Source: Takakia lepidozioides (lineage: Eukaryota; Plantae; Bryophyta). Taken from it: a stretch of 64,000 nt of DNA. A model generated the notes under the pieces. It saw nothing but the letters and a program-made list of their open reading frames with translations, was not told the origin of the DNA and did not search any database. Shown in pieces: positions 49,653-62,930 of the stretch (positions within the stretch are counted from its first letter, which is position 1; each line of letters starts with the position of its first letter). Both the position numbers and the translations under genes were made by a program. The stretch is taken from the NCBI GenBank assembly GCA_030704615.1, contig CM060734.1:12834001-12898000 (forward strand), read 5' to 3'.

Positions 49653-50469
49653 AGTTTGTTTCCGTACCATGGCGTCCCATGGCAAAGAACCAAACCCCAC
49701 ACTTGACTCTACTCTCCACTAGCTAGTTCGGCCGACTTCCTCCAAGTCCCGGCCAAGGGTGGAGCCTCTCAAGCTCCTCCCAGTGCACTCTTCTTGGCCT
49801 ACTTCAAGGCCAAGGAACGATCCTCCTTGAGGATCGAATCGCCTTACTGCAACAACATTGCTTGCGACCGCTCATGATGCCGCTTTTGACATCACCTTGA
49901 GCAAGGGTTCACCTGGAACCCTCTTTGACTAGGAAGATAACCTTGAACCAACCGTGCGCCCCAATCACTACAATTGGGTCCGCCTTGGAATGCTGGCCTG
50001 AGGTACGGGAACACGCCAAAACCGCACTACGACTTCGTCCCGAGGCTACACGATTATAGTACGTGAACGGAAGCACGTAGCTTCCGCGTTAGCCCGCACT
50101 ACAAGGCAACCCCCTCGGTAGCGCAGTTATAGTACGCGCACGCGCCAGGTGCGCACTAGCACGTGAACTCCCAAAGAAGTCGCAAGTTTCCTTGCCCCTT
50201 GGATGGGGGTCACCCGATTTCGGCACTACGCAAACACACGATTAACCCAATTTACCTCTCCCACTTTTATAAGCTAGCATGCATTCTACACACTAGCCAA
50301 CCATACCATGCATCACCATTCCAAACAAAATAGGACGCACAACATTTGGAACCCATTTCCTTTATAACAAATTTTTGTACAATACAAGTTTTTGTAATCG
50401 GATTCCTAAGCTAGCTAAGCCGGGCTAAGCATGCATTTCCTCCCCCACGCTCCAAGGTTGATGTCCCCA

Positions 50470-53400
50470 TCAACGTTTCTTCCGCTTTTGAGGTCGCCCT
50501 TCGAAAGCTGCAACCGCCTCGGATGCGTTTCCCATTTCTGAGGCACGCACCCAAGATGCCTCCACATGATGATAGCCCTTCCATTTGACGAGATACTCCG
50601 TTTCTCGGTTCTTGAACCTCCTCGACTTAAGTATTGCCTCCACCTCGTACTCACGTTCATTTTCATGATCCAACAGCATAGGTGGCGGACGCAACACTTG
50701 ATGTCGATTCGGACGCGCTTCATCTTTGAAGTAAGGTTTCAAAAGGGAGACATGAAATACTGGGTGCACCTTGCTGTTTGCCGGCAGCTCCAATTCATAC
50801 ACATCCTTATTCATAACCTTCCGAATGCGAAAGGGTCCCGCATACGGAGGTACGAACTTCGGATTCACTTCCGGAGGTAGTCGAAAATTCTTGATGTTCA
50901 ACCAGACCTCTGTGCCTGCCTCAAACTTCACTTCCTTCCGCTTCCGATTCGCCTGCCTTTCATACCGTTTCCTAGCTTTGGCAATGTTGTACTTTGCGAG
51001 CTTCAACAAACGCTCGCGTTCTTCCAGTACCGCCGCTACTGCCGGTTCCTCAACGTCCTGGGCGGCCCAACTTGTCGGCACCAGAGGTGCTTTTCCATAG
51101 ACCAATACAAAAGGGGAAACTCCCGTTGCGGAGTGTTCTGTGTTATTATAACAGAACTCTGCCGCGTCTAAGTGTTCCATCCAGTCTGATTGGTCTGCCG
51201 ACACGTAATTCCGCAAGAATTGCTTCACTACGGAATTCACTCTTTCCGTTTGGCCGTCCGTCGTAGGTCGGAAGGCGGTGCTCATCTTCAGCCTCGTCCC
51301 CATCTTCTTCCAAAGTGTCCTCCAAAATTTACTCGTAAACTTTGGATCGCGATCCGAGACAATATCCTTCGGGACTCCATGATGCTTTAAGACGTGGGCG
51401 AAGTAAAGTCGTCATGTCTCCTGCGCCGTTGCTGTCTCCTTGGTGGGGATGAAATGGCCCATTTTACTGAACCTATCCACCACCACCATGATTGCATCGA
51501 ATCCTTTTGACAGCGGCAAAGCAGTCATGAAATCCATCGAGACGCTTTCCCAAGTCCCCTCTGGAATCGGCAAGGGTTGTAACAGCCCCGCTTGCTTTTT
51601 GTACTCACTCCGGTTTTGTTGGCATGTGGTGCATGTCTTGACATACTCCTCTGCCTCCTCCCTCAGTTTGGGCCAGAAATACTCTTTCTTCAAGAGTGCC
51701 GCAGTGCGCTTGGCTCCGCCGTGGCCCGCAAGCGGGCTATCATGGCATTCTCTCAAGAGGCTATCTCTGATCCCTCCCTTTGGCACGTAGAGACGTTTTT
51801 GCTTATACCGGAGCAGTCCATTTTGCAAGTGGAACTGCGATTTAACCCCCATCCTCAAGTCCTGCATCGCGGACTTCGCCAGCTCATCCTTCCGGTAAGC
51901 CTTCCGGATCTTCCTTTGGAGCGCCGTCTCGCCCTTGTACACCAACAAGAGCTGCTGCTTTCTACTTAAAGCATTGGCCACCACATTGTCTCATCCCGGT
52001 TTGTACTGGATATCCACGTCGAACACCGCCAAAGTATCTTGCCACCTAAGTTGTTTTGGGGACAACTTGGGCTGCGTGGCAAAATACTTCACCGTGACAT
52101 TGTCCGTGAACACCTTCACTGGGTTGGAACCAACATAGTGGCGCCAAAGCTCAAGACAGTGCACCACCGCCTTCATCTCTTTTTCGTGCGTCGGCCACCG
52201 TCGCTCCACTTCATTCAGTTTCTTACTTTCGTAAGCCACTGGACGTTCATCTTGCATAAGTACACCCCCAATCGCGAAGTCCGACGCATCTGTATGAATC
52301 TCAAATGGACGATCGAACTCCGGGATTTTCAAGACTGGAGCTTCCGCCATCCGCTGCTTCAATTCAGCAAAAGCTTGGCCACAAAATGTGTTCCATACCC
52401 AGACTTTGGATTTACACAGAAGGTCCGACAGCGGCCCCGCGATCTTGGCGAAATTTCTCACATACTTCCGGTAATAGGAGGCGAGTCCTAGGAAGGATCG
52501 CACTCCCGGGACCGAAGTCGGAGGCTCCCAGTCCAAGATCGCCCTCACCTTTCTGTCATCCATTTTGATCCCATCCTATGTAATCACATGCCCCAAGAAC
52601 TCCACTTTCGTGATCCCGAATTCGCATTTTGAAGCTTTGGCATACAGCTTCCCTTCCCGCAACTTTTGGAACACCCTTTTGAGGTGCTCCAGGTGTTCCT
52701 CCTTTGTTTTCGAGTATACCAAGATGTCGTCGATGTACACGATCACAAAGTCATCCAACCACTCCTGAAAAAGGCTGTTCATCAGCGTGCTAAAGGTCGC
52801 CGGTGCATTAGTGAGCCCAAAAGGCATCACCAAGAACTCATATCAACCATACCTTGTCCTGCACGCGGTCTTCTCCTCATCTCCTTCCGCCACCCGAATT
52901 TGATGATAGCCGGAGCGCAAGTCGATCCGGCTGAAATACTTCGCTCCTGCCAACCGGTCGAAAAGGTCGTCGATCCTTGGCAAAGGGTACCGGTTTTTAT
53001 AGTCACCTTATTCAAAGCCCTGTAATCGACACACATCCGCAGCGTCCCATCCTTCTTGTCTGCGAATAGCACCGGGGCTCCGTAAGGTGACTTACTCGGC
53101 CGGATGTACCCCTTTGACATTAGATCCTTGAGCTGAGTCTTCAGCTCGACCAACTCTCTGTGGCTCAACCGGTAGGGCGCCTTGGCAGGCGGTTCCGATC
53201 CCGGTATCACCTCAATCTTGTGGTCTACTCCTCTTCGCGGTGGCAAGCCGCTTGGTAAATCCTTCGGCATCACATCCTGGTATTTCTCCAAAATCCCCTT
53301 GATCCAATCTGGTCTCGGCTCCCCATCGCCTTCTCCTTTCACTTCTCTAATGTAAAGCAAAAACTGGGACTCGTGTGCCTCCTCCACGGCCCACTCCTTT

Positions 53401-55031
53401 GCTGACAGAAGGTTTATTCGCCCTCCCACGGATTTGGGCGTTTCCGACACTCGTAAAACCTCGCCACCATTCCCACATGGCAGCGTGACTACTCTCTTGC
53501 GGCCATCTATGACCGCTCCAGATTTGCTCAAAAAGGTCATCCCCAAAATGAGATCCACTCCATCGATCTCGCAGATGGTAAAGTTCTCACGTCCCTCCCA
53601 TCTCCCCAGTTGAAGAGGAACATCAAACGCCAACCTTGTCGCCAACTGAGGTTCTCATTTGGCAGAGCGCACCTCAATAGAGGCCCCCACGTCACTTGTC
53701 GGGAGTCCCAACTTTTGCGCCGCCGCCGGCGTCATGAAGGAGTGCGACGCTCCTGTGTCCACCAACAACGACACGTTAGTTCCGGATATTATCCCATCCA
53801 CGAACAATAACTGACTCCCTTTACGCAGGGCGCCAGTTTCCTGATACAACTCACAAGAATAGTTGCCTACCTTGCAAGTCCTGGCGACCACCGCTTCCAC
53901 CAAGCGACTGATGGTATCTTCCGACAGCTCCGTGGTTGCCCGAGTCATGTTCAATTGTCGAGGTTTTGTGCACTTCTTGGCCATGTGCCCGGGCTCCCCG
54001 CAATTGAAACACACTCCATCAAAGGTTGCCTTCTGTCCGCCATAAGCCGCTCCACCCGCTTTTCCTTTCGAAGCACCGGGTGCCGCCTTGACGTGTGAAG
54101 GCCCTCCCTTCGATTTCCACGTGCCATTGTCGCCGCGTGGCCTATCCCACTTCTTTTCCGGTCGGAAGGAGTCACCTTCCCGCCGGGTCTTCTTGTGGTT
54201 CAGCTCCGTACGGCCTTGTCTCTCACCCCTAGGGACATCCGAGAAACATTCAGCCCTCTCAATTGCCTTGTTCAAAGTCTTGGGTGGCTTCTCCTCCAAC
54301 TTCCGCCTGGCCCATGGGGCCTGTCCCGCCACAAAGTTGAAGACCATTTCTGGTTCTGCCATGTCCGCGACTTCGAGCAACAGCACATTGAAAGCCTGGA
54401 CATACCCCTGAATGTCATCTGTTTGCTTCAAATTCCTCATCTTGTCCCGGGCAAGCCAGGATGCGTTGAGGGGCACAAACTGTCTCTTCATCAATTCCTT
54501 GAACCCACTCCAGTTCAAGGTTTCCGGGCTTGGGCCTCGGTCGTGAAGGCGTTTCTGCCACCATTGTTGAGCATAGCCCCTCAAATAGGTGGGAGCCACT
54601 TCCACCCGATCCTCGTCACTCAACTTAGCCGCCCGGAAGTACTGCTCTAGCTCCAGGAGCCAGGTGTTGAGTGCCTTCCGATTTCGAACACCCTCGAAGG
54701 TGCCGGGTTCCTTAGGCTTCACCTTAAACTTTGCCTTAGTGGAAGTGGCATTAGCCGCCTTCAACTCGTCTTTCAACGTCCCGCCAAACTGCGCCAACAA
54801 CCCTTCCCAAAAGGCTGCCGGCATGGGAGGCATCTCTTGGTTTGTCGGAGCTCTCAAGGATTCCTCGGGCTCCGACTCCTCGGATTCCTCCCGCTCTTGA
54901 GCGGCCTCGTTTTCGGAAACATTCATCGCTTCCTCAAACGGCCGCCTCGGTGACACGTCGCCCCCATCGGGCTCACCAGGATCATCGTCTTTTGGGCCGT
55001 TCCGATTTCGCTTCGGCTTGCCCGACCCCAT
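50470..55031 (-). pseudogene. gag-pol of C with C-terminal chromodomain
   Basis: Same motifs as B. Nonsense codons near 53655, 52576, 51991 and 51412, plus a frameshift near 53000. Confidence 0.95.
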
Positions 55032-56096
55032 TATGAGGCCAATCCCAAGGACGATCACGTACTGAACTCTAAGCTCTGATACCAAGTGTCGCGCACCTCC
55101 CTTCGGTAAGCTCCCCCTCAAGTCATAGTTACTCGCTTTGATGCGCGCGCCTGACTCCCAACCTGGCCGCCGGGCCAACTTGGAGCTTTGGCTGCTCACC
55201 GGGGCATAACGGTCCCCCTTTGTTCTCCCAAAGAACCCTCCACCGCTTTGGAACCAGCGGGAATTCCCTTTGGTAGTTGGCAGTCCGGAACAGCTCCCCA
55301 CTCTTTGGTCGCTTTCCGGCTCGCTCGCTTACTCACTAATTTTTGGTCACCAACGGGCTTGCACCGTTCTCGGGGTTACTACTCCCTATATATACTTCTG
55401 TAGCTGTCCGCGGGGGTTCCACAACCAGCCATGCCATTTTATGGCGAACCACCACGAAGACCCTCGATTCCCGGTGGTGAGTCGCGGTGAGTCTTGGCCC
55501 ACTCACCGCGGCCCCAATGGACCGTGATGAGTCCCAAGACTCCCCACGACTCCCACCTCGAGGTCTCCACCCCATGGTGAGTCCTATGCCACCCCCACTA
55601 AGTCCCGCTAAGCTACCACCACCCCTTGTGGAGCCATCCCCACCGCAACCCCGTGTGCGGGGCTCCACCTAGTGAGCACCTCCGCCTCCTTGAGTGCCTT
55701 GGGCACTCAAGGGTGCTTCAGCCACCGTACCTATTGCTGCTACTGCCCCCACCACAGGGGCAGCCCCTCTTGTGTCCCGACCCCCCTGCCCTCAAGGCAA
55801 AGGGTCGCGACACCCTGTAAAGGGCTGTTTTGTCTTTCAATGACAATGACCTTAGCGGTCTTGTCCATGTCTTGACATGACATGTATATCTTCCCTCTCT
55901 TTATTTGATCAGTGTACTTAGTGGTTTTTGTACACACCATCTACCCTTACCTTTCTCCTTTTCACCTTCTCATTTTGTTATATTGACAAATGTTCTCGGG
56001 GGGCTTTGACAGAAAGTCACCAAAGGAGGTCCTAGCTGGAATGAGGACCTCATAGCCCTGGGGTATCAGTCCCCACTACCTCCTCCAATTCCTGCT

Positions 56097-57621
56097 GTGC
56101 AGGCAACCCTCGCACAAGTCACACCAAGTGACTTCCATGCTGCATTGCAAAAGATGGATACTGAGGCCGTGGAAAATTCAGGTGATGAAAACCCCGTGTT
56201 ATTACTTGAAACCTTGGCTTTGGAAAATTGGGTTGCACTTGGCATCATGGCAAATAAGAATGGCAGGTACCTGGAGAAGCTCCAGGAATTCAATACTAAA
56301 ATGATTGAGGTACTGGAAGATGATGCCGAGGAGCTGATACAATGGGAAAAGAAGGGATCAGCCATTGAGGCAGCTCAACCTAGAAGATGACCAGACTGTC
56401 TCCACGCAGAAATCTACAAACACATATGAAAAAGACTTCATCCCTTCTGTAAGTAATCACCCAATCCTTGGGCACATGATTTTACCGGATGAAGAAAAAG
56501 AGGCAGTGAGAGAATTCTGTGAACAAGTAGAAATCTCACAAGTGGAACAAGAAAGGGCAGCAGGTGCCACTCCTGGAAATCTGCAATTTGTCCCTTGGTT
56601 GCCTCCCCGTGCAGTTGAATTAGAGGTTGCCAATAACGATCACATGATGTGGCACCCACATGCTAATATCAATTTATTGGCACCCATTTCTATTGAAATG
56701 TGGGTCAAATGGGGCAACATAACTCCTGCTGAACGCAGTAGGTGTGCACAGGATGCTAAGGAGGGTTTTCAGAGAATAAAAAAGGAACCTATTGCTGTGG
56801 CATGGCCACTAAGGACCTTCTACTACAAGCTCTGTGACAAAGGTGAGAACCTTACCCTGAGGACCAAAAATGACTTGTCGACTGGTTCGGCCAAATCCAA
56901 AAATCACAAGAGTCAACTCTTCAACTGGCATCGTCCCTACATAAGATGTAACTGTGGACAAGGAGGGGCACCCTCTTCTTGCATTGGGAGTGTTGCTTGG
57001 TTTGACCATATGGTATGGTATATGCTGAACAATCTGATTGTGTTCTTCCCTGATGATGCCTATCCTTCGGTGCAAACCAAGTATTACAGCTTTCTGGTAT
57101 GGATCATGCGGGCTGCCAGATCTGCCGTTCTTGCACAAATTACCTTCCAGATGACCCGGGGCTTCATAATGGAAGCAGCTTATGAATTCTCATTTGACCC
57201 CCAAGCCAAGTTGCTTGGGAAGTTAGGAGAATCCAAGGGGGCCAGATACATTGAGAAACTTGTGAAACCTGGGTCTTTTTCAGACAGCCTTCCCAGGCCA
57301 CAATTCAACAGCTACAAACGGCAGCGTATGGAGGGGCAGACGCCTCCTCAACAAGGCAAGAACAATGCCACTCGAGGCAGAGGTACCCCTGGTCGTGGAA
57401 GAGGTCTCTACCAAAGAGGAGGACGCTCTGGCAGGGGGCAATACTCTACCAACACCTCTGAGAATTCAAGAGCAACGAATCGGTCATCACTTGGGGGTTC
57501 GGGTGCTAATTCCAGTACCACCATCAACATCGCCAGCCAGGAGTCATACAAGACTCGTCGTATCACTGACGAGTTCTCCCCAATACGCAAACGAGATTTT
57601 GGATCATGGACAGATCTTTAA
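56097..57621 (+). pseudogene. PLE upstream coding region of unknown function with an RG-rich tail
   Basis: Overlapping 97-aa and 418-aa frames; contains RCNC and RGRG repeats. No GIY-YIG motif seen. Confidence 0.5.
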
Positions 57622-59836
57622 AAATCTCATTTTTGGTATGTTCCTCTACTTTGCATGTGCAGATGCGTTGTTTGGTCTTGAGGATGGTTGTAGACAAATT
57701 GAAACTCATGCCTATGGTAGGAAATTCATAAAACAGGCAACAAAACCTGCTCCCTTGGGATTCATTCATATGTTGTACCCAAACCGTGGTATGGAGTGGA
57801 TAAACCCTAGGAACTTGATAAAAGAAGCTTTTTTGGAATTTGGACAAAATGACTTGGCTATTCTCATCGGTGAGATAGTCTTTGGATGGACATATCATAA
57901 ACAAAGCAGCTCTGAATACTATCAGCCTGCTGATGTTTTCCGTGATTTTTGCTTTATGCAAGACCTGATTCACTCACCAGATTGTCTATGTGACAGTGCC
58001 AAGAGGTTTCATGATTTTCGGGATGCGGATACAAAAACATAATTCCATCTATCTGGTTCTACACCTACGCAACACGTACGTACCATGGACCTAAATATTA
58101 TTAGACACGCAAGGCTGAAAGAACTATTCAGCCTAGGTATGAATCACATCCCTCTCAAACGTACTTTGCTGAAAGACGTTGTTGAACAAGTGTCTCTGGC
58201 TTTCCATAGAACCTGTGAAATTTTACATATAGACCCATGTGAATCTTGGGCAGCATCCTGCAGCCAATGGGTAAAAAACACATGCTGGGATAGATTGAAA
58301 CAAAAAGCCGGCAGAGGAAGGTACGACTTCACTCACCATGAGCGCAATCCTCTTACTGTAAAAGAGGCAAAAGATGAACTTTCATGGCTTCTCAATCACC
58401 TGTATTTTTCTGGTCTTGACAAGGCTAACAACAACGTATGTTTTATGTGTGTGAAGCACATAAGAACTCAAGCCTTCCACAGATTGATGGGTAAAGACTT
58501 TACACCATGCAAGCAAGCTGAGGTATGGCTGCCACCTGACCTTCTTCTAGGAAACATTTCCGTGGAAATACAGAGTCTGATTCCGGAGATACCTGCTCCC
58601 TCCTGTAGATTACCTTACATTATGGGAATCTACAAGCTACATAAGAAAAAATACAGATGGATTACCAATGCCCATAAATGTGTTTTCAGTGAACTTGCTA
58701 GCCTTCTTACAAGGGCTACCATGGATCTTCTACCATTGGTAAAAGAATGGGCCAAGACAAGGCTGGATACTTATGAGCAATTTTTCAAAGTATCTACTGC
58801 TATGTATTGGATTATTGATTCCATCACTGACTTTACACTAAACCTGCCTGAAAAAGTCCATAACATCTTTGTTGCTGACATTACACAATGCTATGAGAAC
58901 ATACCTTTGACAGGACAGGATAACCTAGGGGACGCCATTGAATACGTGGTGAAGATTGCATTCCAGCAACACCATCGGTCTCACCCCCGAGCACGTCATA
59001 CTCTATGGATTCCAGCCAAAAACGGTACTTTCGGAAAAAGTAGATGGGGCACGTCTTCCCCAAAATCAGGTACCTGGATTGAACTTTCTGAAGTCAAACT
59101 ACTTATGCTCCACAAATGGCTTATGTCACACTGTTTTGTCGCCTTAGGGGACCGTGTATGGCAGCAGATTTCTGGAATACCTATGGGTTTTTCATGCTCA
59201 CCATTATGGTGCAACATGTACTTCCTTTCTTATGAAATCAAATTCATCTTAAGGCTTGCAGCTTTAGGACAATTCCAGCTTATGCCTATGTTTAAATCTG
59301 CCTTCAGATACATTGATGATATATGCTGGCTAAATGTGGGTGATGCAATGCTATTCCTGGACCCACGGGCAGACAGAAGCAGCAACAACCCTTGGTGGAT
59401 CTACCCACTCAATGTAGTGGAGATCAAACCTGAGCTACTACTCACTAAAAACGATTCCCAATACGTGGGGTTGGAAGCTTGTTTCATGAATATCCAGATT
59501 ACAGTCTCAAACTGTGACACAGGTGAGTTCCATTTCCAGAAATATGACAAGAGAAGACTACTTCCTTTCTCTTACACTCAATATATCCAGTTCTTATCCA
59601 ATAGGCCTGTGAATCAATCTTACAACATTGTGATTTCACAAGTTGTGCCTATTCTATACATTTCCAGCAATGCTGATCTGGCTGGGAAGGAGTGTAGCAT
59701 TCTGATTAACACTCTTGGGAGGAATGGTTTCAAGACCAGAAATCGTATCTTGACAAAATTCCTTGAACGTGGTTCATTCCCTGGCCTGCTCTTCCCTGTA
59801 CAAGAGCTTATTGAGAAACTGAAAGGTACTTTCTAA
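57365..59836 (+). CDS. Penelope-like reverse transcriptase (one in-frame TAA at 58040-58042)
   Basis: DKANNN, YKLHK..YRWIT, ADITQCYENI, QISGIPMGFSCSP, FRYIDD, KYDKR. The 57365 and 58085 ORFs share a frame. Confidence 0.85.
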
Positions 59837-60120
59837 AAACCTATACAGAGCTATGTTATACCATTGAACTCTACGTTCTTTTCTAAGTGATACTATACTA
59901 GTGTTGCTATGATACATTTTATGCCATCATTTCATTCTTGATCCGAGGAAGTGAGGATGTAGGATTCTACTCCTTTGGATAAATATTATCTGAGGATAGA
60001 ACTACATGGAAGAGGGAAAACCTTATGAGAAGAGGTCTGGTATGCACTCCCTTACGGGGTGAGTGCATACCACACTTACTCCGTAAGGTTCTACCATGCC
60101 AGGGGATTGGCTGGTGGGTC

Positions 60121-61882
60121 CCTCTCTCTCCCTCTCTCCCTCTCCCTCTATAAATCTTTGGATTTCATCTGGCCTTAACCTTTTGAGGTTATTTAGTTTT
60201 TCATCCCTGCCTTTTTCATCCAAATCTGGATGATTTTATTTTATTGGATGATGAAACTTAATATACAGAAAGCTAGAGTTACCATCTATTTTTTTCATCT
60301 AAACTGGATGATCTACATAAATAATGGTTACCTATTATAAAATCCAAGAGAATAATAAAACTACCATCATAAATGATGGCAGTTATTAAACCTAAACCTA
60401 TACCATAACCCTAAAAGATACATTTCTATGGGATGTCATCCAGTGACAAAATGCCTATCTTGGTAAAATGTGATATTTCATCCATCCTGGATGAAAAATC
60501 GGGAAGTTTTGCCCTAAGCAGGCCGACACACTTCAAGCACTGAACTCGTGCTTCAGTGAACCTTGATGATGCGCCGTATAAACCTGCTCCCCTGCTGCTA
60601 CATGGTACTCGTGATTGCTGGCTCTTGGGATGCGTAGTGGTGGTTAAACAGATTCTTCTATGGCAGACGACAAAGCCGTGATTGCTCTGATCAGGAACTC
60701 ATGGTTCTTTATTTTGCAGCGGCGCTTTAGGGTTTAGGGTTCAGCGGCCTTGTTGGGAAGTACTCTATCCCTATTTATCTACAGATTACTTGTTGCTCTC
60801 TCTTCGTGTATGAGCCACTCTCTAGCTGTGAACGCTTCTACTCTGATTGCGTTCTATTGGAGACAATCTGTTGGACGCCATGGCGCAGGGCATACCACAA
60901 ACACTCAAGGTTTTTTGAGTTTACCATTGCTTGAATTGTGATATGTACTTGCTTTAGAATTCAACACTGACATGGATAGCAACTATGAAGACCTGCCACT
61001 TACCTGCTGCATCCTCACTAACACACATCGCTATGTGGTGGTTTTTGGGACGGGCACAGGTGAGGGTCTTCACTTGTCTTGATTTCTTGAAGCTTGCAGT
61101 TCCTGTTCTTGCAAGTGTGGATAATGCTACTGCCTAAGCTGCTGATGCCATCTGCTGTTTCAAACTGCCACCATGCCGCTTCAGACCTGCTCCAAGATTG
61201 CTCCAATGAGGATCTGCTTCTCTCCTTACCCCTGTTTACGGTTTTTTACAACCACATTTGCATGTGTAGGAGTTTAGCTATGAAGGATACAAGGATACAA
61301 AATAGCAGTTATTACTTTGACTGCCTTGATACTTGGCTCTGAAATGAGAACTCTTGGTATGACTCTGATGGATCAAAAGGATAGGCTTTGATAGATAACA
61401 CACATTCTTCAAGGCCCTCATATCATTTTGGTTTCATGGCTTGATAACAAACTGGGGTTTCTGAGCTGCTCTTTCACCTTGGCAGAACTACTTTATGTGG
61501 CCTTAAAATACCATTCTAGGCCTATACCTGCTTAAGGGGGCTCTACACTGTTGTTTCTTCTTCCTTTTTAAGAATCTTGCTTATATCTTGGTTCTAAAAC
61601 ATCATCTTCAAACCAAACCTGCAATCTGGTTTTTGAAATGAGTTTAAAATGGATTCTTGAGATGATGATGGTGCTTTCATGATATGAATGACCTGGAATC
61701 CCACCCTCCCGCCCTGTTTTTTTCAGAGACCCTGAAATGTAATTGGGTATTCAAATGAGATTGTAAACATGAAAGAGAATGATAGATGGTGCCCTGTAAA
61801 GGGCTGTTTTGTCTTTCAATGACAATGACCTTAGCGGTCTTGTCCATGTCTTGACATGACATGTATATCTTTCCTCTCTTTT
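60121..61882. repeat. Right, uninterrupted copy of the ~1.75-kb direct repeat
   Basis: Near-identical to 34831-36486 + 55818-55902. Confidence 0.95.
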
Positions 61883-62930
61883 TAACTTTTCTGCCACTTT
61901 TTTTATTTATTTTTATTTATTTTTTAAGCAGCACAAAAGAGAGGGAGAGAGAGAGGGAGAGATAAAGAAACAAAAAAAAAACAAAATGTGGGGAGGGGGG
62001 TTCTGAGGAGCTGCTTCTCAGTCACTCCGCCCCCATTTTTTTTCTTTTTTCTTTTTTCTTTTGTTGCCTCCTCTCTCCCTCTCTCTCTCCCTCTGTCCCT
62101 CTCCCTCTATCTCCCACTCTCTCCCTCTCTTTTGTCTATGTCCCTCTCGCTATCTCTTTTTAACTTTTTGCCCCGTCTCTCCCTCTCTGGTTTGTTTTGT
62201 TTTGTGAGGAGCACAAAAGAAAGGGAGAGAGAGGGGAGAGAGGGAGAGATCATAAAACAAAAAAAAAGTGGGGGGGAGGGGACTGAGCTGCTGCTCAGTC
62301 AGTCCCCCCCCCCCCATTTTTTATTTTTTTTTCTTTGTTGCCCCCTCTCTCCCACTCTCTCCTCCTCTTTTATCTCTGTCCCTCTCCCTCTCCCTCTATT
62401 GTTTGTTTTGTTTTTTAAGCAGCACAAAAGATAGGGATAAAGAGGGACAGAGAGGGAGAGATCAGGAAAGGTGGGAGGGAGAGGGAGAGGGAGAGGGAGA
62501 GGAAGTGGGTCACTACCCCCCCATATTTTTATTTTTATTTTTTTTCTTGCACCTCTCTCTCTCTCTCTCTCTCTTTCCCTCTCTCTCCCTCTGTCCCTCT
62601 CCCTCTCTCTCCATCTCTCTCCTCCTTCTCTCTCTCTCCCCCCTCTCTCTCTTCTCTGATTTTTGTTTTTTTGTGGGGATTGACAAAAGAGAGAGAAAAG
62701 GAGGGAGAGGGACAGAGAGGGAGAGAGAGGGCGAGACGAGCAAACAAAAACAAAAAAGGTGGGGGGGGGGGGGGGAGGGACTGAGCAGCAGCAGTTGCTC
62801 AGTCACTTCCCCCCACCCCCCCACATTTTTTTATTTTTTTTCCTTGAACCTTTCTGGTGAGGCGGAGCTGAGAGCAGCAGCACTTGCTGCTCTCAGCCCC
62901 CCACATGCTTTGTTTTTTTTTTTTTTGGAT
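61883..62930. repeat. CT/GA-rich low-complexity repeat with recurring CTGCTCAGTCA / GCTCTCAGCCCCCCACATGC motifs
   Basis: The same motifs occur at 34560-34830, on the other side of the insertion cluster. Confidence 0.85.

Larger units (their letters stand above)
36487..55812 (-). mobile_element. Ty3/Gypsy chromovirus, copy C (same family as B), containing nested element D
   Basis: 726-bp LTRs at 36487-37212 and 55087-55812, about 10 mismatches by eye. TSD CCCTG at 36482-36486 and 55813-55817; the empty site is visible at 61792-61796. PBS at 55073-55084. Confidence 0.97.
55903..60120 (+). mobile_element. Penelope-like element of the Naiad/Chlamys type
   Basis: CxC linker (CLC at 57983-57991), HVRTMDLNII..LFSLGMN, and a C-terminal PLE-type RT. 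Flanked by long direct repeats in CT-rich DNA. Confidence 0.7.

Noticed and set aside
59985-60100. Hammerhead ribozyme or SECIS element in the PLE
   Set aside because: CTGAGGA..GAAA lacks a supporting stem II, and the RT frame's internal stop is TAA, not TGA.
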